DNA of 64,000 nucleotides from Pelagomonas calceolata (GCA_918797485.1 CAKKNE010000003.1:1984001-2048000), one strand, 5' to 3'; numbered from the stretch's first letter, positions 9,987 to 20,426 are shown. Program-made: numbers and translations. The notes: generated by a model from the sequence alone, not told the origin.

Positions 9987-10712
9987 ATGGCAGCCCTCAC
10001 GGACGCCGCGGACGCCGCCTTCGAGGCCGCCGCCGAGGTGGCGCGCAGCCTCACGCCGTCGACGGACGACCGGTTAAGACTCTACGGCCTCTACAAGCAG
10101 GGCACCTGCGGCGCCGTGACGACGGGCCGGCCCTACGTCTGGGACGTCGCCGGCCGCGCGAAGTGGGACGCGTGGCACGGCCACGGCGACATGAAACGAG
10201 CGGACGCGCGGCGGCGCTACGTCTCGCTCGTGGCCGAGCTGGCCGATAACGGCAGCAATGACGGAGGCGACGCCGCCGAGGCGCAGGCGGCGCAGTCCAT
10301 CGCCGGCGCGCGCGTGTCGACGATGGCATGCGAGAGTAGTGGTGGTGGCGACGACGACGCGCCTCCGTTGGTCCGCCTCGCCGAACGCGGCGACGTCGCG
10401 GGCGTCCGCGCCGCCCTGAAAGGCGGCGCGGCCGTGGACGCCTGCGATGGAGATGGGCGGGCGGCGCTGCACTGGGCGGCGGATTGTGGTTCCGTCGAGT
10501 GCTGCCGCATTTTGTTAGAAGCGGGGGCGTGCGTCGATTTGAGGGATGGCGACGGCCTGACACCGCTGGCTTATGCTGTTATTTGTGACCGCGGCGATGT
10601 GGTTGATCTGTTGGTGGCCAATGGCGCGGACGCGGACATCGCCGACAACGACGGCGAGACGCCGCGGGCGAGCGCGTCTGATGAGGCGATGCGGCGGCGG
10701 CTCGAGAGGTAG
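9987..10712 (+). CDS. Acyl-CoA-binding domain + ankyrin repeat protein (ACBD6-like)
   Basis: LRLYGLYKQGTCG, AKWDAW, YVSLV; ankyrin GRAALHWAAD, GLTPLAYA. Confidence 0.92.
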   Translation: MAALTDAADAAFEAAAEVARSLTPSTDDRLRLYGLYKQGTCGAVTTGRPYVWDVAGRAKWDAWHGHGDMKRADARRRYVSLVAELADNGSNDGGDAAEAQAAQSIAGARVSTMACESSGGGDDDAPPLVRLAERGDVAGVRAALKGGAAVDACDGDGRAALHWAADCGSVECCRILLEAGACVDLRDGDGLTPLAYAVICDRGDVVDLLVANGADADIADNDGETPRASASDEAMRRRLER

Positions 10713-10829
10713 TGTAGTAGAGTAAAACTGTTGGTAATGAATGAATGGAAGTGCGAAAGATTACTCGGGAGGGCCCGGCTAATGAAATTGAAAGGTCGAA
10801 TGCCAGTGCGTAAAAAAAAGGGCGCGCAG

Positions 10830-12761
10830 CTAGCGCTCTATTTCCTCCTCCGAGGGAGCCTGAGGAACGGTCTGTTCCGTCGATGCAGGTCGCGCAATAA
10901 AACCGCAGCGCATGGTGGGATGACCGTGCCAAAGCGTCGGTTCCACGCGGATGTAACGCGCGACCACCGGCTCATCGAAGTACAAAACGTGGTGCGTGTC
11001 GTCGTTATTTTTGGATCCAACCACGTCCATGCGCGAGGGTTGCGCCTTTTCCCACTGGCTGTAGTTGGAGCGTTTGTAGCTCACCGAAAGCTGCGTCACT
11101 CGCTCCGCCCCGTAGGACCGAGAATTGCAGCCTTGGACGATGATCCCAGCGACGATCCAACAGTTGACACCCGAGCCATTCTTCAAATCGATTTGTATCC
11201 AATCGCAACCCGTGGGCCACGCCGAAGCCCAGGCATCGGGACTGTCGAGCATGCTCTTGTTCAGCGGACAGAGACAAAAAAGAAGACATGCCCACTCCGT
11301 GGCGCATGGACAGCAGGGGCAGAACGGCAAGCACCCGCCGCAATCTGACCACACCGAGGAGTAGCGACGGGCGCTCTCGGGGGGATTGAGACGCTCGTAT
11401 ACACCACCGATCCGTAGGTGCGGCGCGGCACGCGGTGCGATCGTACCATCTGCCTGCAGGACGAAGTCAAAACGGACAGAGTACGCGCGAGCCGGTCCCG
11501 CGTGGCATGCCGTGCGCTTCTCATCAATTGGCGGGCGGTCCTTGATGAGGATCGCCGCGTATGACTCTCTGTAGCCGAGGCTTGCGAGCTCCTGGGTCCC
11601 GAAGGCGTCGGCCATGGTCGTCTTCAGTGCCGTAGTCAGTCTCTGTGTACCTTCATCTTTCCCCGCGACGAGCACGAGAGTGCCTCGCGCTAGGCCCTTG
11701 ACGTAGGTTTTCATATCGTCGGGCGCCTCTTCGTCGTCCCACAAGTCGAAGTGTCGCGTCTCGACGATTTTGCCGTCCGCCTCGAGGACAAGGAAGTTGA
11801 AGCCACGGTGGGGCTTGTACTCGACCACCGTCGAATCGATCTTAAAGGAGCACGAGTTGCCATCGAACCGCCCTGCGCTCGTCACCGCGATGACGCACGA
11901 CGGTTGCGCGCGTTGTTCGAATTCGAGTTTCCAGTTCTCTCCCGCCCCGGTGAGCAGGAGCGGTGCACCTTCGCACAGCTTCCGATGAGGCGCGACGTGG
12001 AGGAGCAGCTCGCCAAGTTTTGGACTGTCCCACAAGACGCACGACCCGTGAAGACGAACGTCGATGGGTTGCACGCCAACGCCCACATTGATAAAGTCCA
12101 CGTCAGAATTTCCTAGCTGCTGGTCCGGAAATAAGAGACCGACGTTGAGGCCGCCGGCCGTCAGCGGCGCGCTGCCTCCGTCGCGCAGGGTCGCGGCGTG
12201 GGAAAAGCGGAGCGCGTGCTCGGGCCGGACCAGCGTGAGGAGTTTTATCCCGAAGGCACCTACTCCGGCACGGACAACCGCCGTGTCAGACGACGTGACA
12301 AGTGCGTTGGTTCCCTGCTCCAAATCCGGCTCCTCGGGCTCCGCCGGGACCTCGCAGCCAGTGGGCTGTTCCCCCTCGCCCTCGAATTCGGGCAGCACCT
12401 CGCCGGCCGCGACGGGCCGTGTCTCTCCCGTCGTAAAACTTAATCGTCTCCCGTCCGGGTCGTGCACGCGCGAGGTCAGGAGCTTGGTGACCTGCCGGCC
12501 GTTCATGCGGCTCACGTCCTCTCCATCGATGCTGACGAGCGTCCAGCCCACCTGCACCTTGTTCAGTAAAGGCGAAGTGTCCTTGATGCGTGAAAGCACA
12601 GTGCTCTCTCGCTCGAAACACAGTCCTAGCGAGCCCTCCGGCGCATGGACCTCCTTGGTCTCCGGCTCAGCCGGCGCCCGCCAGGAGGACAGTCTGGACA
12701 GCAGTGAGGGGCGCGCCGCAGCCGGCGTCTCGCCCTCCGGCATCAATTCGCCCTCGTACAT
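10830..12761 (-). CDS. PDZ + ILEI/GG-type lectin + F5/8 type C (discoidin) multidomain protein
   Basis: APEGSLGLCF..VQVGWTLVSIDG (PDZ); RGFNFLVL..FDLW..LVLVAGKDEG..LGYRESYA (ILEI); SMLDSPDAW..WIQIDL..ARYIRVEPTLWHGHPTMR (discoidin). Confidence 0.75.
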   Translation of the reverse strand: MYEGELMPEGETPAAARPSLLSRLSSWRAPAEPETKEVHAPEGSLGLCFERESTVLSRIKDTSPLLNKVQVGWTLVSIDGEDVSRMNGRQVTKLLTSRVHDPDGRRLSFTTGETRPVAAGEVLPEFEGEGEQPTGCEVPAEPEEPDLEQGTNALVTSSDTAVVRAGVGAFGIKLLTLVRPEHALRFSHAATLRDGGSAPLTAGGLNVGLLFPDQQLGNSDVDFINVGVGVQPIDVRLHGSCVLWDSPKLGELLLHVAPHRKLCEGAPLLLTGAGENWKLEFEQRAQPSCVIAVTSAGRFDGNSCSFKIDSTVVEYKPHRGFNFLVLEADGKIVETRHFDLWDDEEAPDDMKTYVKGLARGTLVLVAGKDEGTQRLTTALKTTMADAFGTQELASLGYRESYAAILIKDRPPIDEKRTACHAGPARAYSVRFDFVLQADGTIAPRAAPHLRIGGVYERLNPPESARRYSSVWSDCGGCLPFCPCCPCATEWACLLFCLCPLNKSMLDSPDAWASAWPTGCDWIQIDLKNGSGVNCWIVAGIIVQGCNSRSYGAERVTQLSVSYKRSNYSQWEKAQPSRMDVVGSKNNDDTHHVLYFDEPVVARYIRVEPTLWHGHPTMRCGFIARPASTEQTVPQAPSEEEIER

Positions 12762-12910
12762 TATTTTAGTTGCTGCAAGAGAGTTGTGCAGCCCGCATGG
12801 GCAGCCCGATCTGCCGCGATGCTCTGGCAATCCGCAGAGCGGCGTACGGGTCGGCGTCGTGCGCGACGGACCGCACCGCTCGCGCCAGTGCAGATATTAA
12901 TACTTAGAAA

Positions 12911-14890
12911 CTAGTTCCGCCGCCGCGCAAGAAGAAGACCGACAACGACGAGCGCCGCGCCCGCGACCACGAGGCGCAAATCAACACCCGACGCGCCCAG
13001 GTCCACGCCCAAGTCCGACGCGACCATCTTGCGACAGATCGGGTGGTAGAAGTCCGCGTTCTCGACGAAGGTGGAAATAGCCGTCTCCTTCGCATTTGCA
13101 CACGGCGAGTCCCGGAGCGCGCGATACAAGGGTCGCACGAACTTCATGCGCCCCTGGCAGGTCACGAAGTCCAATGCTAGGGAGACGCCTCTCGCGGCCC
13201 CCGCGCTCAATAGCAGCTTGCACCATCTGCTCCTAATCTCAGCGTTCGCGTCCGTGGTGAACGAGTAGGCGTCGTCGATCGCATCTAACACTTGTAGGGA
13301 CACGGCCGACTGCGTGCGGCCGTCGTCGCCGCCCGCGCCTAGAGCATCTAGGAACGCGACCTTCTCGTCCGTCGTCCAGCCTTCCAGAGTCGTGAAGTCG
13401 CCACAACCATTTTTGAGCCACTGCCTCGCCAATGAAACGGCCTTCTCTCCTAAAGATTCGTTCAAAGCCAAAGCCTGGGGAAGATCACCGGGGGCGTGGA
13501 ACCACTGGCACCAGTCGATGGTCGAGACGGCTCCGAGTTCTCGCTGCACGAACGCGCGGAACTGCGCCGTCGTCACGGTCGTGAACCGGAACTCGCGGAT
13601 GTAGGCCTTGACGAAGGTCGAGAACTTCTCTTCTCCCACAGTACGTTCTAGGAGGTGGATCAGGGTACTTCCTTTCTCATATGGCACTAGCGAAAACGCG
13701 TCGTCCGGGTCAACACCCTCGATCGGTGGCACTAATGCAGTCAGCGCCCCTTGGCCGATCTCCGTGAAGTGCTTCACTGCACCACTTAGATTGCGTTGCG
13801 ACGTCGCCAGGTCGAAATCTTCCAAGAGCCTTCCTTTACCAGACGTGCGAGCTTTGATCTTGCGCTCCAACCACCTCGTCCAGCCCTCATTGAGCCAGAA
13901 ATGCTCCCACGTCGCGTTCGTCACCAAGTTGCCCGTCCAGGAGTGGGCGATCTCGTGCGCGACGACTCCCGCCAAAGAGCGATCACCCGCCAGTAGCGTA
14001 GGAGTGACAAAGGTCAAGCAGGGGTTCTCCATGCCGCCGTAGGGGAAGGACGGCGCCAGACACACCAGATCGTAGCGCTTCCAGACGTAGTCCTGGCCCG
14101 TGATGTCCTCTGCCGCTCGCAGGAACTGCTCGGTCTCGGAGAACTCGTGCAAGGCTTTATCCACAACAGAGGGCTCGGACCAGACTCTACAGCGCTCCGA
14201 GATGTCTCGCGCTTCCAAGTCGGCGACGACGATCGCGATGAGATAGGACGACGTCGGGACGGGCTGTTTCCAGAACCATCTCCTATATCCATCTTCGACG
14301 GGAGGGCACTTCTTGTGGATGAAGGGGAGCGACTCGGCTTGGAGACCGGACATGAGAGCCGTGGCCCATTGCGGCGCGTCGACGACCGCGTCCCAGGACA
14401 TCTTCGCGCCAGGCGCGTCCTGGCACGGGAGCAACGCGCGCGCATGAATCGCCTGGGACTGCGTGAAGAGGTAGGGTCGTTTTTTCCCGGCGGTCTGCGC
14501 TGGGCTTAACCACTGCGCGGCCGAGCACTCTGGAGCGGTCGAGTATTCGAACCGCACTTGGCACGTCTTTTTTGCCGGTGGGAGGGGCACGGCCGCGCTC
14601 ACACCAAAGATGGCGTGGGGCTTGCCTAGTAACACTTCCGCTTCCACATTATCTACATACGCCCGGTGGATGGTCAGGCCCGAATGCGTGTCCACCACGA
14701 ACGTCGACGCGTTGCTTTTATTTGTGACGTCGTACGTGACAGCGCCTGTTAGCACCTCATTGTCAAAGTCGACGCGCCACTCGATCGAGGCGTGCGTCGC
14801 CTGCGCGTCGCGCCAGTTGGACTGGGTGCTCTTCTCGTCCGTGCTCGCTTCTCGCGCGAGCTGGGCCGGCGTCGGCTGCTGGAAGGGCAT
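12911..14890 (-). CDS. LTA4H: Leukotriene A4 hydrolase / M1 aminopeptidase with C-terminal hydrophobic tail
   Basis: GGMENP, HEIAHSWTGN, WLNEG, PYEKG, QGRMKFVRPLY. Confidence 0.93.
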   Translation of the reverse strand: MPFQQPTPAQLAREASTDEKSTQSNWRDAQATHASIEWRVDFDNEVLTGAVTYDVTNKSNASTFVVDTHSGLTIHRAYVDNVEAEVLLGKPHAIFGVSAAVPLPPAKKTCQVRFEYSTAPECSAAQWLSPAQTAGKKRPYLFTQSQAIHARALLPCQDAPGAKMSWDAVVDAPQWATALMSGLQAESLPFIHKKCPPVEDGYRRWFWKQPVPTSSYLIAIVVADLEARDISERCRVWSEPSVVDKALHEFSETEQFLRAAEDITGQDYVWKRYDLVCLAPSFPYGGMENPCLTFVTPTLLAGDRSLAGVVAHEIAHSWTGNLVTNATWEHFWLNEGWTRWLERKIKARTSGKGRLLEDFDLATSQRNLSGAVKHFTEIGQGALTALVPPIEGVDPDDAFSLVPYEKGSTLIHLLERTVGEEKFSTFVKAYIREFRFTTVTTAQFRAFVQRELGAVSTIDWCQWFHAPGDLPQALALNESLGEKAVSLARQWLKNGCGDFTTLEGWTTDEKVAFLDALGAGGDDGRTQSAVSLQVLDAIDDAYSFTTDANAEIRSRWCKLLLSAGAARGVSLALDFVTCQGRMKFVRPLYRALRDSPCANAKETAISTFVENADFYHPICRKMVASDLGVDLGASGVDLRLVVAGAALVVVGLLLARRRN

Positions 14891-14978
14891 GGCTGGAAGC
14901 TGCGCGCAGTCGTGCGACGTGCTGCGCGACGTTGTGCACGCGTCTGACGTGCTACGCTTGCCTGCTGCGGCGGAAGGC

Positions 14979-15002
14979 GCTAGCGTCCTGTAAGGCACTA
15001 GC
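14979..15002 (+). promoter_or_regulatory. CTAG-bracketed intergenic motif
   Basis: GCTAGCGTCCTGTAAGGCACTAGC between divergent genes (14890-/15243+). Confidence 0.65.
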
Positions 15003-15242
15003 AAGCCCCGCCCGGGCGCTTTTTGACGACGTGAGCGCTAAAAGGAGCCATCACTGTTCTAAATCAGCTCATTGGATAGTGGCAGCCGCTCACGCCTGCT
15101 GAAAATCGTATCTCTTCGCGTGCGGCAAGGCGTGCTCTCCGGTTGGAGCCACTTTCAAATCTAGCTCGTCCGAGAGCGGTCCCCTGACGCCGTCCACGCG
15201 TAATAACGCTGTCAAGACGTAGCCCACGGATCAAAGAAACGA

Positions 15243-15785
15243 ATGGCCGCCCTCGCCAAGGTCGTCGCGGCCTCGCGCGCCGAGCCGCCGCCGCCGCCGT
15301 CCCCCAAGGGCGGCACGCTCGCCGACCTGAGCGCGACGGAGAAGCGCCGCGTGGCGAAGCTCGTCCAGCAGCTCCTGGCCGTGGAAAAGGCCCACCAGGG
15401 CGCGCAGGCGCGGTGGCGCGCGACGCAGGCGGACCTCGAGCGCCGCGCCGCCGCGGCCGAGGCCGAGCTTTCGAGGGCGCGCGAGGCGCTCGAGCGCGCG
15501 GAGCCCATCCGCAGGGACCTCGAGGAGGCGCGCCGCAGCCGCCAGGCCGAGACGGCGCGCGCGGACGCCGCGGACGCGCGGAACGCGGTGCTCGCGGCGG
15601 ACAACGACGAGCTGCGGGCCGAGACGCGCAGCTGCCAGGAGAAGCTCCTCCAGGCGCTCTCGCTCCTCGAGGAGTACCAGGAGGAGATGACGGACATGAG
15701 CTCCCGGAAAAGGACCGGCCTGCCGTCGCGCGTCGACGCGCTCTCGAAGCCGCGGACGCCTCCAATCTCACCTTCTAGGCGGTAG
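15243..15785 (+). CDS. Coiled-coil protein, possible KIAA1328/hinderin-like N-terminal motif
   Basis: TLADLSATEKRRVAKLVQQL followed by heptad-rich coil. Confidence 0.55.
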   Translation: MAALAKVVAASRAEPPPPPSPKGGTLADLSATEKRRVAKLVQQLLAVEKAHQGAQARWRATQADLERRAAAAEAELSRAREALERAEPIRRDLEEARRSRQAETARADAADARNAVLAADNDELRAETRSCQEKLLQALSLLEEYQEEMTDMSSRKRTGLPSRVDALSKPRTPPISPSRR

Positions 15786-15816
15786 TAAAGACAGAACTCT
15801 ATGTACACGGAGGGGA

Positions 15817-16314
15817 CTAGACTACGTAGCCCGGCGCGCCGTACGTGGGATAGATCGGCTCCACGTACACGACTCTGCCGCGCCGCCGGCGGCCACCGCA
15901 GCAACAGCCGCCGTCGTCATCGTAGTATGAGTCATGGCGCTCGTGACGGTAATTGTGGCGCTCGCGCCGCGGCCGACAGCAGACGAGGCAGATCAGCGTC
16001 TCCCAGAGCGACGGCGCTCGCCCTTCGCAGGTGTTGCAGCACGTGAGGAGGAGGCAATAGTTCCACGCCGACCCCGAGCCCATGAGCAGGAGAATGCCGA
16101 GCAACACGAGCCACTGATTGTCTACTACCGTCTCGGCGAAATCATCCGTGTGAAGAACGCGGCGGTCGTCGACGACGGAGCCACCGCGCAGATGCCGCTT
16201 CGTTTGTGTGACCTCAGATCCTCGTTGGAGGGTTCGCCGCGGTCCCTTATCTTGGCTAAATGGCAACTCCGAAGCGATCACTGCTGATAAGCATAGCAAT
16301 GGCCTCACAACCAT
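15817..16314 (-). CDS. Small single-pass membrane protein with Cys-rich juxtamembrane region
   Basis: Signal peptide, WLVLLGILLLMG, CC clusters, Tyr/Pro-rich tail. Confidence 0.55.
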   Translation of the reverse strand: MVVRPLLCLSAVIASELPFSQDKGPRRTLQRGSEVTQTKRHLRGGSVVDDRRVLHTDDFAETVVDNQWLVLLGILLLMGSGSAWNYCLLLTCCNTCEGRAPSLWETLICLVCCRPRRERHNYRHERHDSYYDDDGGCCCGGRRRRGRVVYVEPIYPTYGAPGYVV

Positions 16315-16442
16315 TGGTGTAAAATTGACCAGTCTGGCGTTCTAGTTCGTCTGCTGGCGGTGCGGCATTTATTTTTGTTTGACAAATATGTCCAAAACGC
16401 CACCGCTTAGAAGAAAAGCCGACAAAAGCTGCTGTGTCTGCG

Positions 16443-16454
16443 TGAAAAACCCGT
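16443..16454 (-). promoter_or_regulatory. ACGGGTTTTTCA upstream motif
   Basis: Sense-strand ACGGGTTTTTCA ~130 bp upstream of ATG 16314; same as 25759 and 30877. Confidence 0.45.
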
Positions 16455-16546
16455 GGCATAGAGGGGTGGACTAGCGCTAAGTAGCTATCGACGTAGTAGA
16501 ACAACGCGAGCCCAGGAGGCTCGGGGCTCAATCGCCAATCTAGTAA

Positions 16547-18025
16547 TCACAAAATATTATCGACGACCGGCTCGCCGCCGACAGGTAACGTCAGCTCCGG
16601 CTCGGGCAGACCGGGGTCGATCGGCGCCAGCACCTCGTCGACGATCCCAGACAGCTTCTGCTCCAGTATCGCGTCCGTGGCGTTCGTGTCCGTGGCGTTC
16701 TCCGACGGTGCCCCGTCGAGCCGTCGCGGGCGCCGGGGCTTGCCGAGGCGTTCCTCGAGCTTCCGAATTGTCGCGTCGTCGCGCCGCCCGCGCCGCGGCG
16801 GCGGCTTGGGCTCGCCCTTCGTCCGTCGAGGCGGAGGCGGCCGCGGGTTCGCGGGCGCCGCGCGCCCGTCGACGGCGTCCTCCTCCCAGTCGCCGAGGTC
16901 CGGTACGTACGGGTCCTCGTCGTCGTGATGGTCGTCCGCGTACCGCAACGTGGGGTCCAGCGGCGCGGCGATGGCGTCCTCGAGGGGGTCCTCGAAGGCC
17001 GCCATCGCGTCGTCGACGGCGTCCGCCACCGACGGCGCGACGAGCTCGTCCAAGGCTTCGTCGATGCTCTCGCCGAGAGCGATGGCGTCGTTCTTGGCCT
17101 GCGTCGCCTCGACGACGTCGTCCATGCCGTCGATGACTTTTGCCGCCTCCTCCGCGGCGCGCTCGGCGCTCCGTGCTAATAACCGCGCCTCGCGCTCGCC
17201 CGCCGCGTCCTGCCAGCCCAAAACCGCGTCCAGCAACGCCTCCTCCCTAACGCGCCGCTGCGCCGCCGCCGCCGCCTCCGCCTCGACGCGCTTCTCGATC
17301 GCCATAACGCGCTCCCGCTCCTGCTTCGTCGCCTCGGCGTCCGCCTTGGCCAATTCATTCCAGTACTCGCGCTCCTCCTGGGCTCTCAACGCAGCAGCAT
17401 GCATCTCCCGGATCTCATCTTCGCGCTTCAAAATAGAATCCCGCTCCGTCTCCGCCTCGACCTCTTCCAAGAGATCCAGCCCGTCCACGACGGGCTGCAG
17501 CATCTCAGGCTCGAGCACCGGCCGGTAGTCTTCGCCCTGGCCGATCTTGACTTTTGTTTCCTGCAACTCTGCATCCACGATGGAACCCCAGTCCGGCTCT
17601 TCAAAACAATCCATGCCCCGAAAACACGTTTCGTGGTTGCGGTCGCGCTCGTGGTAGTAGGCGTGCGTGCCCACGTTATTGAGCTCGCCCGACGCGTGCA
17701 TGGCCCTCAGGTCGTTCGTATAAACATGACCGAAGGGCATCTCCGGACAACCCCCCAAACACCCGTCCTCGCCCGAGCCCCGCTCGACGTCCCGGCCCCT
17801 TCTTTTAGATATCGTGTGGCAGTCCTCGCGCGTGAACGGTATAATATTCTCCTCGGGGTCGTAGGGGCACGCCTTCTGGCACTCGCGGATCGCGACCGTC
17901 TCCTCCCAGGTCCGCACGTCGCAGTCCGTGAGCATCTCGCAGCGCTCGCGGCACGACAACAGGTCGGGGTCGTAGTCCGGCGGCGCGACGATGGCTGCCG
18001 CTAGGGGGAGCAGCCAGGCGCGCAT
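16547..18025 (-). CDS. Secreted hypothetical protein, Cys-rich N-terminus and acidic coiled coil
   Basis: 492-aa ATG ORF with signal peptide and coding-like codon pattern. Confidence 0.65.
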   Translation of the reverse strand: MRAWLLPLAAAIVAPPDYDPDLLSCRERCEMLTDCDVRTWEETVAIRECQKACPYDPEENIIPFTREDCHTISKRRGRDVERGSGEDGCLGGCPEMPFGHVYTNDLRAMHASGELNNVGTHAYYHERDRNHETCFRGMDCFEEPDWGSIVDAELQETKVKIGQGEDYRPVLEPEMLQPVVDGLDLLEEVEAETERDSILKREDEIREMHAAALRAQEEREYWNELAKADAEATKQERERVMAIEKRVEAEAAAAAQRRVREEALLDAVLGWQDAAGEREARLLARSAERAAEEAAKVIDGMDDVVEATQAKNDAIALGESIDEALDELVAPSVADAVDDAMAAFEDPLEDAIAAPLDPTLRYADDHHDDEDPYVPDLGDWEEDAVDGRAAPANPRPPPPRRTKGEPKPPPRRGRRDDATIRKLEERLGKPRRPRRLDGAPSENATDTNATDAILEQKLSGIVDEVLAPIDPGLPEPELTLPVGGEPVVDNIL

Positions 18026-18333
18026 CGTCTTGGTCTAGGCCCCGGCCCTGGGCATGAAGCACAGCACCTTGGTTCCGTGGGACCGATGCCCCGCGCCCGC
18101 GGTCCGTTGTCGACGCCTGCGGTCCCGGGGCAGCGCGCAAGGACGCGGAGTGCCGGCTCTTTGGACAGCAGTAGCACGGCCCGAGGCCCGAGGCCTGCTG
18201 CGACGGGTCCCGCGAGCCGTCGGGGGACGCCTCTCTGCTGGCTTCCCGCGCCGCGGTGACGCGCGGGTTTCGACCCAAAAACCGGTTGCGAAGCCAGTCC
18301 GTGGAGGCTGCCCCCCGGCGCCCCCAGCCAAGC

Positions 18334-19065
18334 ATGGCCCAGAACAAGGCCTGGCAGGCCTTCGACACGTCGACGGAGGCCGGCCGCATGCTCAAGAAGT
18401 TGTATGGCAGTTCGGCGGGCCACCCTAACATAGCTTATCCCAAGCTGACGACCAAGCCAAGGAAACAAATGCCGAAATTCATCCCCGGCGGCGCGAAGCT
18501 CGACGCAACTGACGCGCGCTCGAATTCTCATAGACGAGAGAAGGCGTCCACCGTCGAGCCCTGGCGCAAGAAGTACGCGCGACCGACGTACAAGCCCATT
18601 GATTTCGTGGCCCGCAAGCGCAACACGGCGGCGATCGACGAGATTCTCGAGGACATGTCCATGCGCAACGCCGCTTATAGACCTCCCCGCGTCAACGGTT
18701 CTTCTACGGACGCCGAGAAAGCTCGTTTGCAAGAAATCGCACAATTTGGGGGCGGCAAGGCCCTGCCCGACGAGATGACGCTCGGCAAGACGACGCTGCC
18801 TTCCGAGAGAAGAGCGCAAGCCTTGGAGGAGGCGCGCGTCGAGCGCGAGTGGCGGAAGCGACGGGGCCTGACGGAGGAGCCCGCGGCCGCGGCCCCGGAG
18901 CCCAAGTCCCTCGAGACCCAGCAAATCGAGCAGATCTCGCGCGAGATCGAGGACCGGGCCGCCTTTTTGGAGGAGGCCAAAGCGATGGGCCTCAAGGGCG
19001 AGCCCATCAAACGCGTCGAGTTCGAGATCTCGACGCGGAAGCACGAGCTCGAGCGGCGCATGTGA
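18334..19065 (+). CDS. UPF0193 (EVG1/C22orf23-like) protein
   Basis: C-terminal EQISREIEDRAAFLEEAKAMG..EISTRKHELE signature. Confidence 0.7.
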   Translation: MAQNKAWQAFDTSTEAGRMLKKLYGSSAGHPNIAYPKLTTKPRKQMPKFIPGGAKLDATDARSNSHRREKASTVEPWRKKYARPTYKPIDFVARKRNTAAIDEILEDMSMRNAAYRPPRVNGSSTDAEKARLQEIAQFGGGKALPDEMTLGKTTLPSERRAQALEEARVEREWRKRRGLTEEPAAAAPEPKSLETQQIEQISREIEDRAAFLEEAKAMGLKGEPIKRVEFEISTRKHELERRM

Positions 19066-19080
19066 GTAAGAAACACAAGA

Positions 19081-19995
19081 TTAACAGCGCGCGCCCGCGG
19101 GGAGCTCACTTATGGACGCGCAGTAGTGGGGTCCGCCGTGACGCCGGAGCTCCGCGAGCGGCGCGTCGCCTCGCAACGGCGCCAGGGACACGTGCCAGTA
19201 GGACGCGAAGGGCGACGTGCGGTGGCCGAGGGCCGAGACGTGGCCCTGGGACTTGTCGCGGCCGCGGAAGGCCTTGGGCGTCCAGTAGTTGTAGCGCCTC
19301 CGCGGGCAGACGTAGTACTGCGGCGCGATCAGTCCGTATTCGGGCCGCTGGCAGACGTAGTTCGGCAGGAGCAGGCAGTAGGGCTTGGCGTTCGCCGCGC
19401 AGAACGCGAGCAGGCGCCGGACGTGGTCCGCCGAGTAGGGCGGGTTCGTGACCACAACGTCGTGCGGCGGCAGGCGCTCCGACCGGAGGACCTCATAAAA
19501 GTCCTCGCGCTCGTTGTGTATCTGCTCGAAGCCCAGGGCCCGCAGGTGCCGCGCGACGGCGCCCGAGCAGTAGTAGGGGTCGTAGATGCGGAGGTTCGAT
19601 CGACCGCGGCCGAGCGCGGCCGCGACGACGTCGAGCGTCGCCGCGAGGTCCGCGTAGGCCTCGGGCGGGCTCTCGCAGTGGTCGTCGGCCTCGGCCTCGA
19701 AGGGCAGCAGGGCGGCGTTCCGCGCGCCCGCGTCCCTCACGTCGCGGTTGCGCTTCGTGTCCGCCGCCACGATTTGTTGCCGCGTTTTTTTTCCAAGTCC
19801 CTTCCAGCGCGCTTTGAGTGCCGCGTCGAAGGCCGGGTGGCCCGGGTTCAGGCGGTCGCTGAGCGTGCCGCCGGCGCCGGCTTCGAGCTCTCGGACGAGC
19901 GCGGCCTCGGCCGGGGCGAGCGCAGGTGCCGTTGTTTGTTGCTGCGCTTTTTTGGCAGCTTTTTTGGCTTTGCTCTTTTTCTTGTTTTTGGCCAT
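19081..19995 (-). CDS. Putative amino-methyltransferase (NPPY; N6-adenine MTase-like)
   Basis: DHCESP, IYDPYYCSG (SAM-binding-like), DVVVTNPPYS; Lys-rich N-terminus. Confidence 0.7.
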   Translation of the reverse strand: MAKNKKKSKAKKAAKKAQQQTTAPALAPAEAALVRELEAGAGGTLSDRLNPGHPAFDAALKARWKGLGKKTRQQIVAADTKRNRDVRDAGARNAALLPFEAEADDHCESPPEAYADLAATLDVVAAALGRGRSNLRIYDPYYCSGAVARHLRALGFEQIHNEREDFYEVLRSERLPPHDVVVTNPPYSADHVRRLLAFCAANAKPYCLLLPNYVCQRPEYGLIAPQYYVCPRRRYNYWTPKAFRGRDKSQGHVSALGHRTSPFASYWHVSLAPLRGDAPLAELRRHGGPHYCASISELPAGARC

Positions 19996-20172
19996 CCTGG
20001 CACGTATGCTCACTCTGCAAAGTGTGCTGCCTCACCCAGTGAGCAGTGCGCGGCAGTGGCTGACTGAACGTGACTTTTTTGATACGTTGCCTTAGTTATC
20101 GATCAGATCGTGTCCAGAAACGGGTTCCCTATCCTAAAACAAACACGTATGCGCGTAGTGCAAGCCACCCGC

Positions 20173-20196
20173 GCTAGCGGCGTGTAAGACACTAGC
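20173..20196 (+). promoter_or_regulatory. CTAG-bracketed intergenic motif
   Basis: GCTAGCGGCGTGTAAGACACTAGC between divergent genes (19995-/20427+). Confidence 0.7.
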
Positions 20197-20426
20197 AAGC
20201 TGCAGCCTGTAGCAGCGCATCGCATGCCTCAGCCCAGTTTGGAACTTGCGGCAGGCTCATTTCGACATATAAGCGACTCGCGACAGTGATTTGAACGCGC
20301 TGCTAGCGCGACGGCATCTGTGCGATCTCAGCAGCCAAAAACGCTGCACTGCAGCGAGGGCGACGCGACGCTGTCGTCGCAGACGTCGCAGGGGTGGTAA
20401 CAGACGAGGCAGACACCGAGCAAAAA

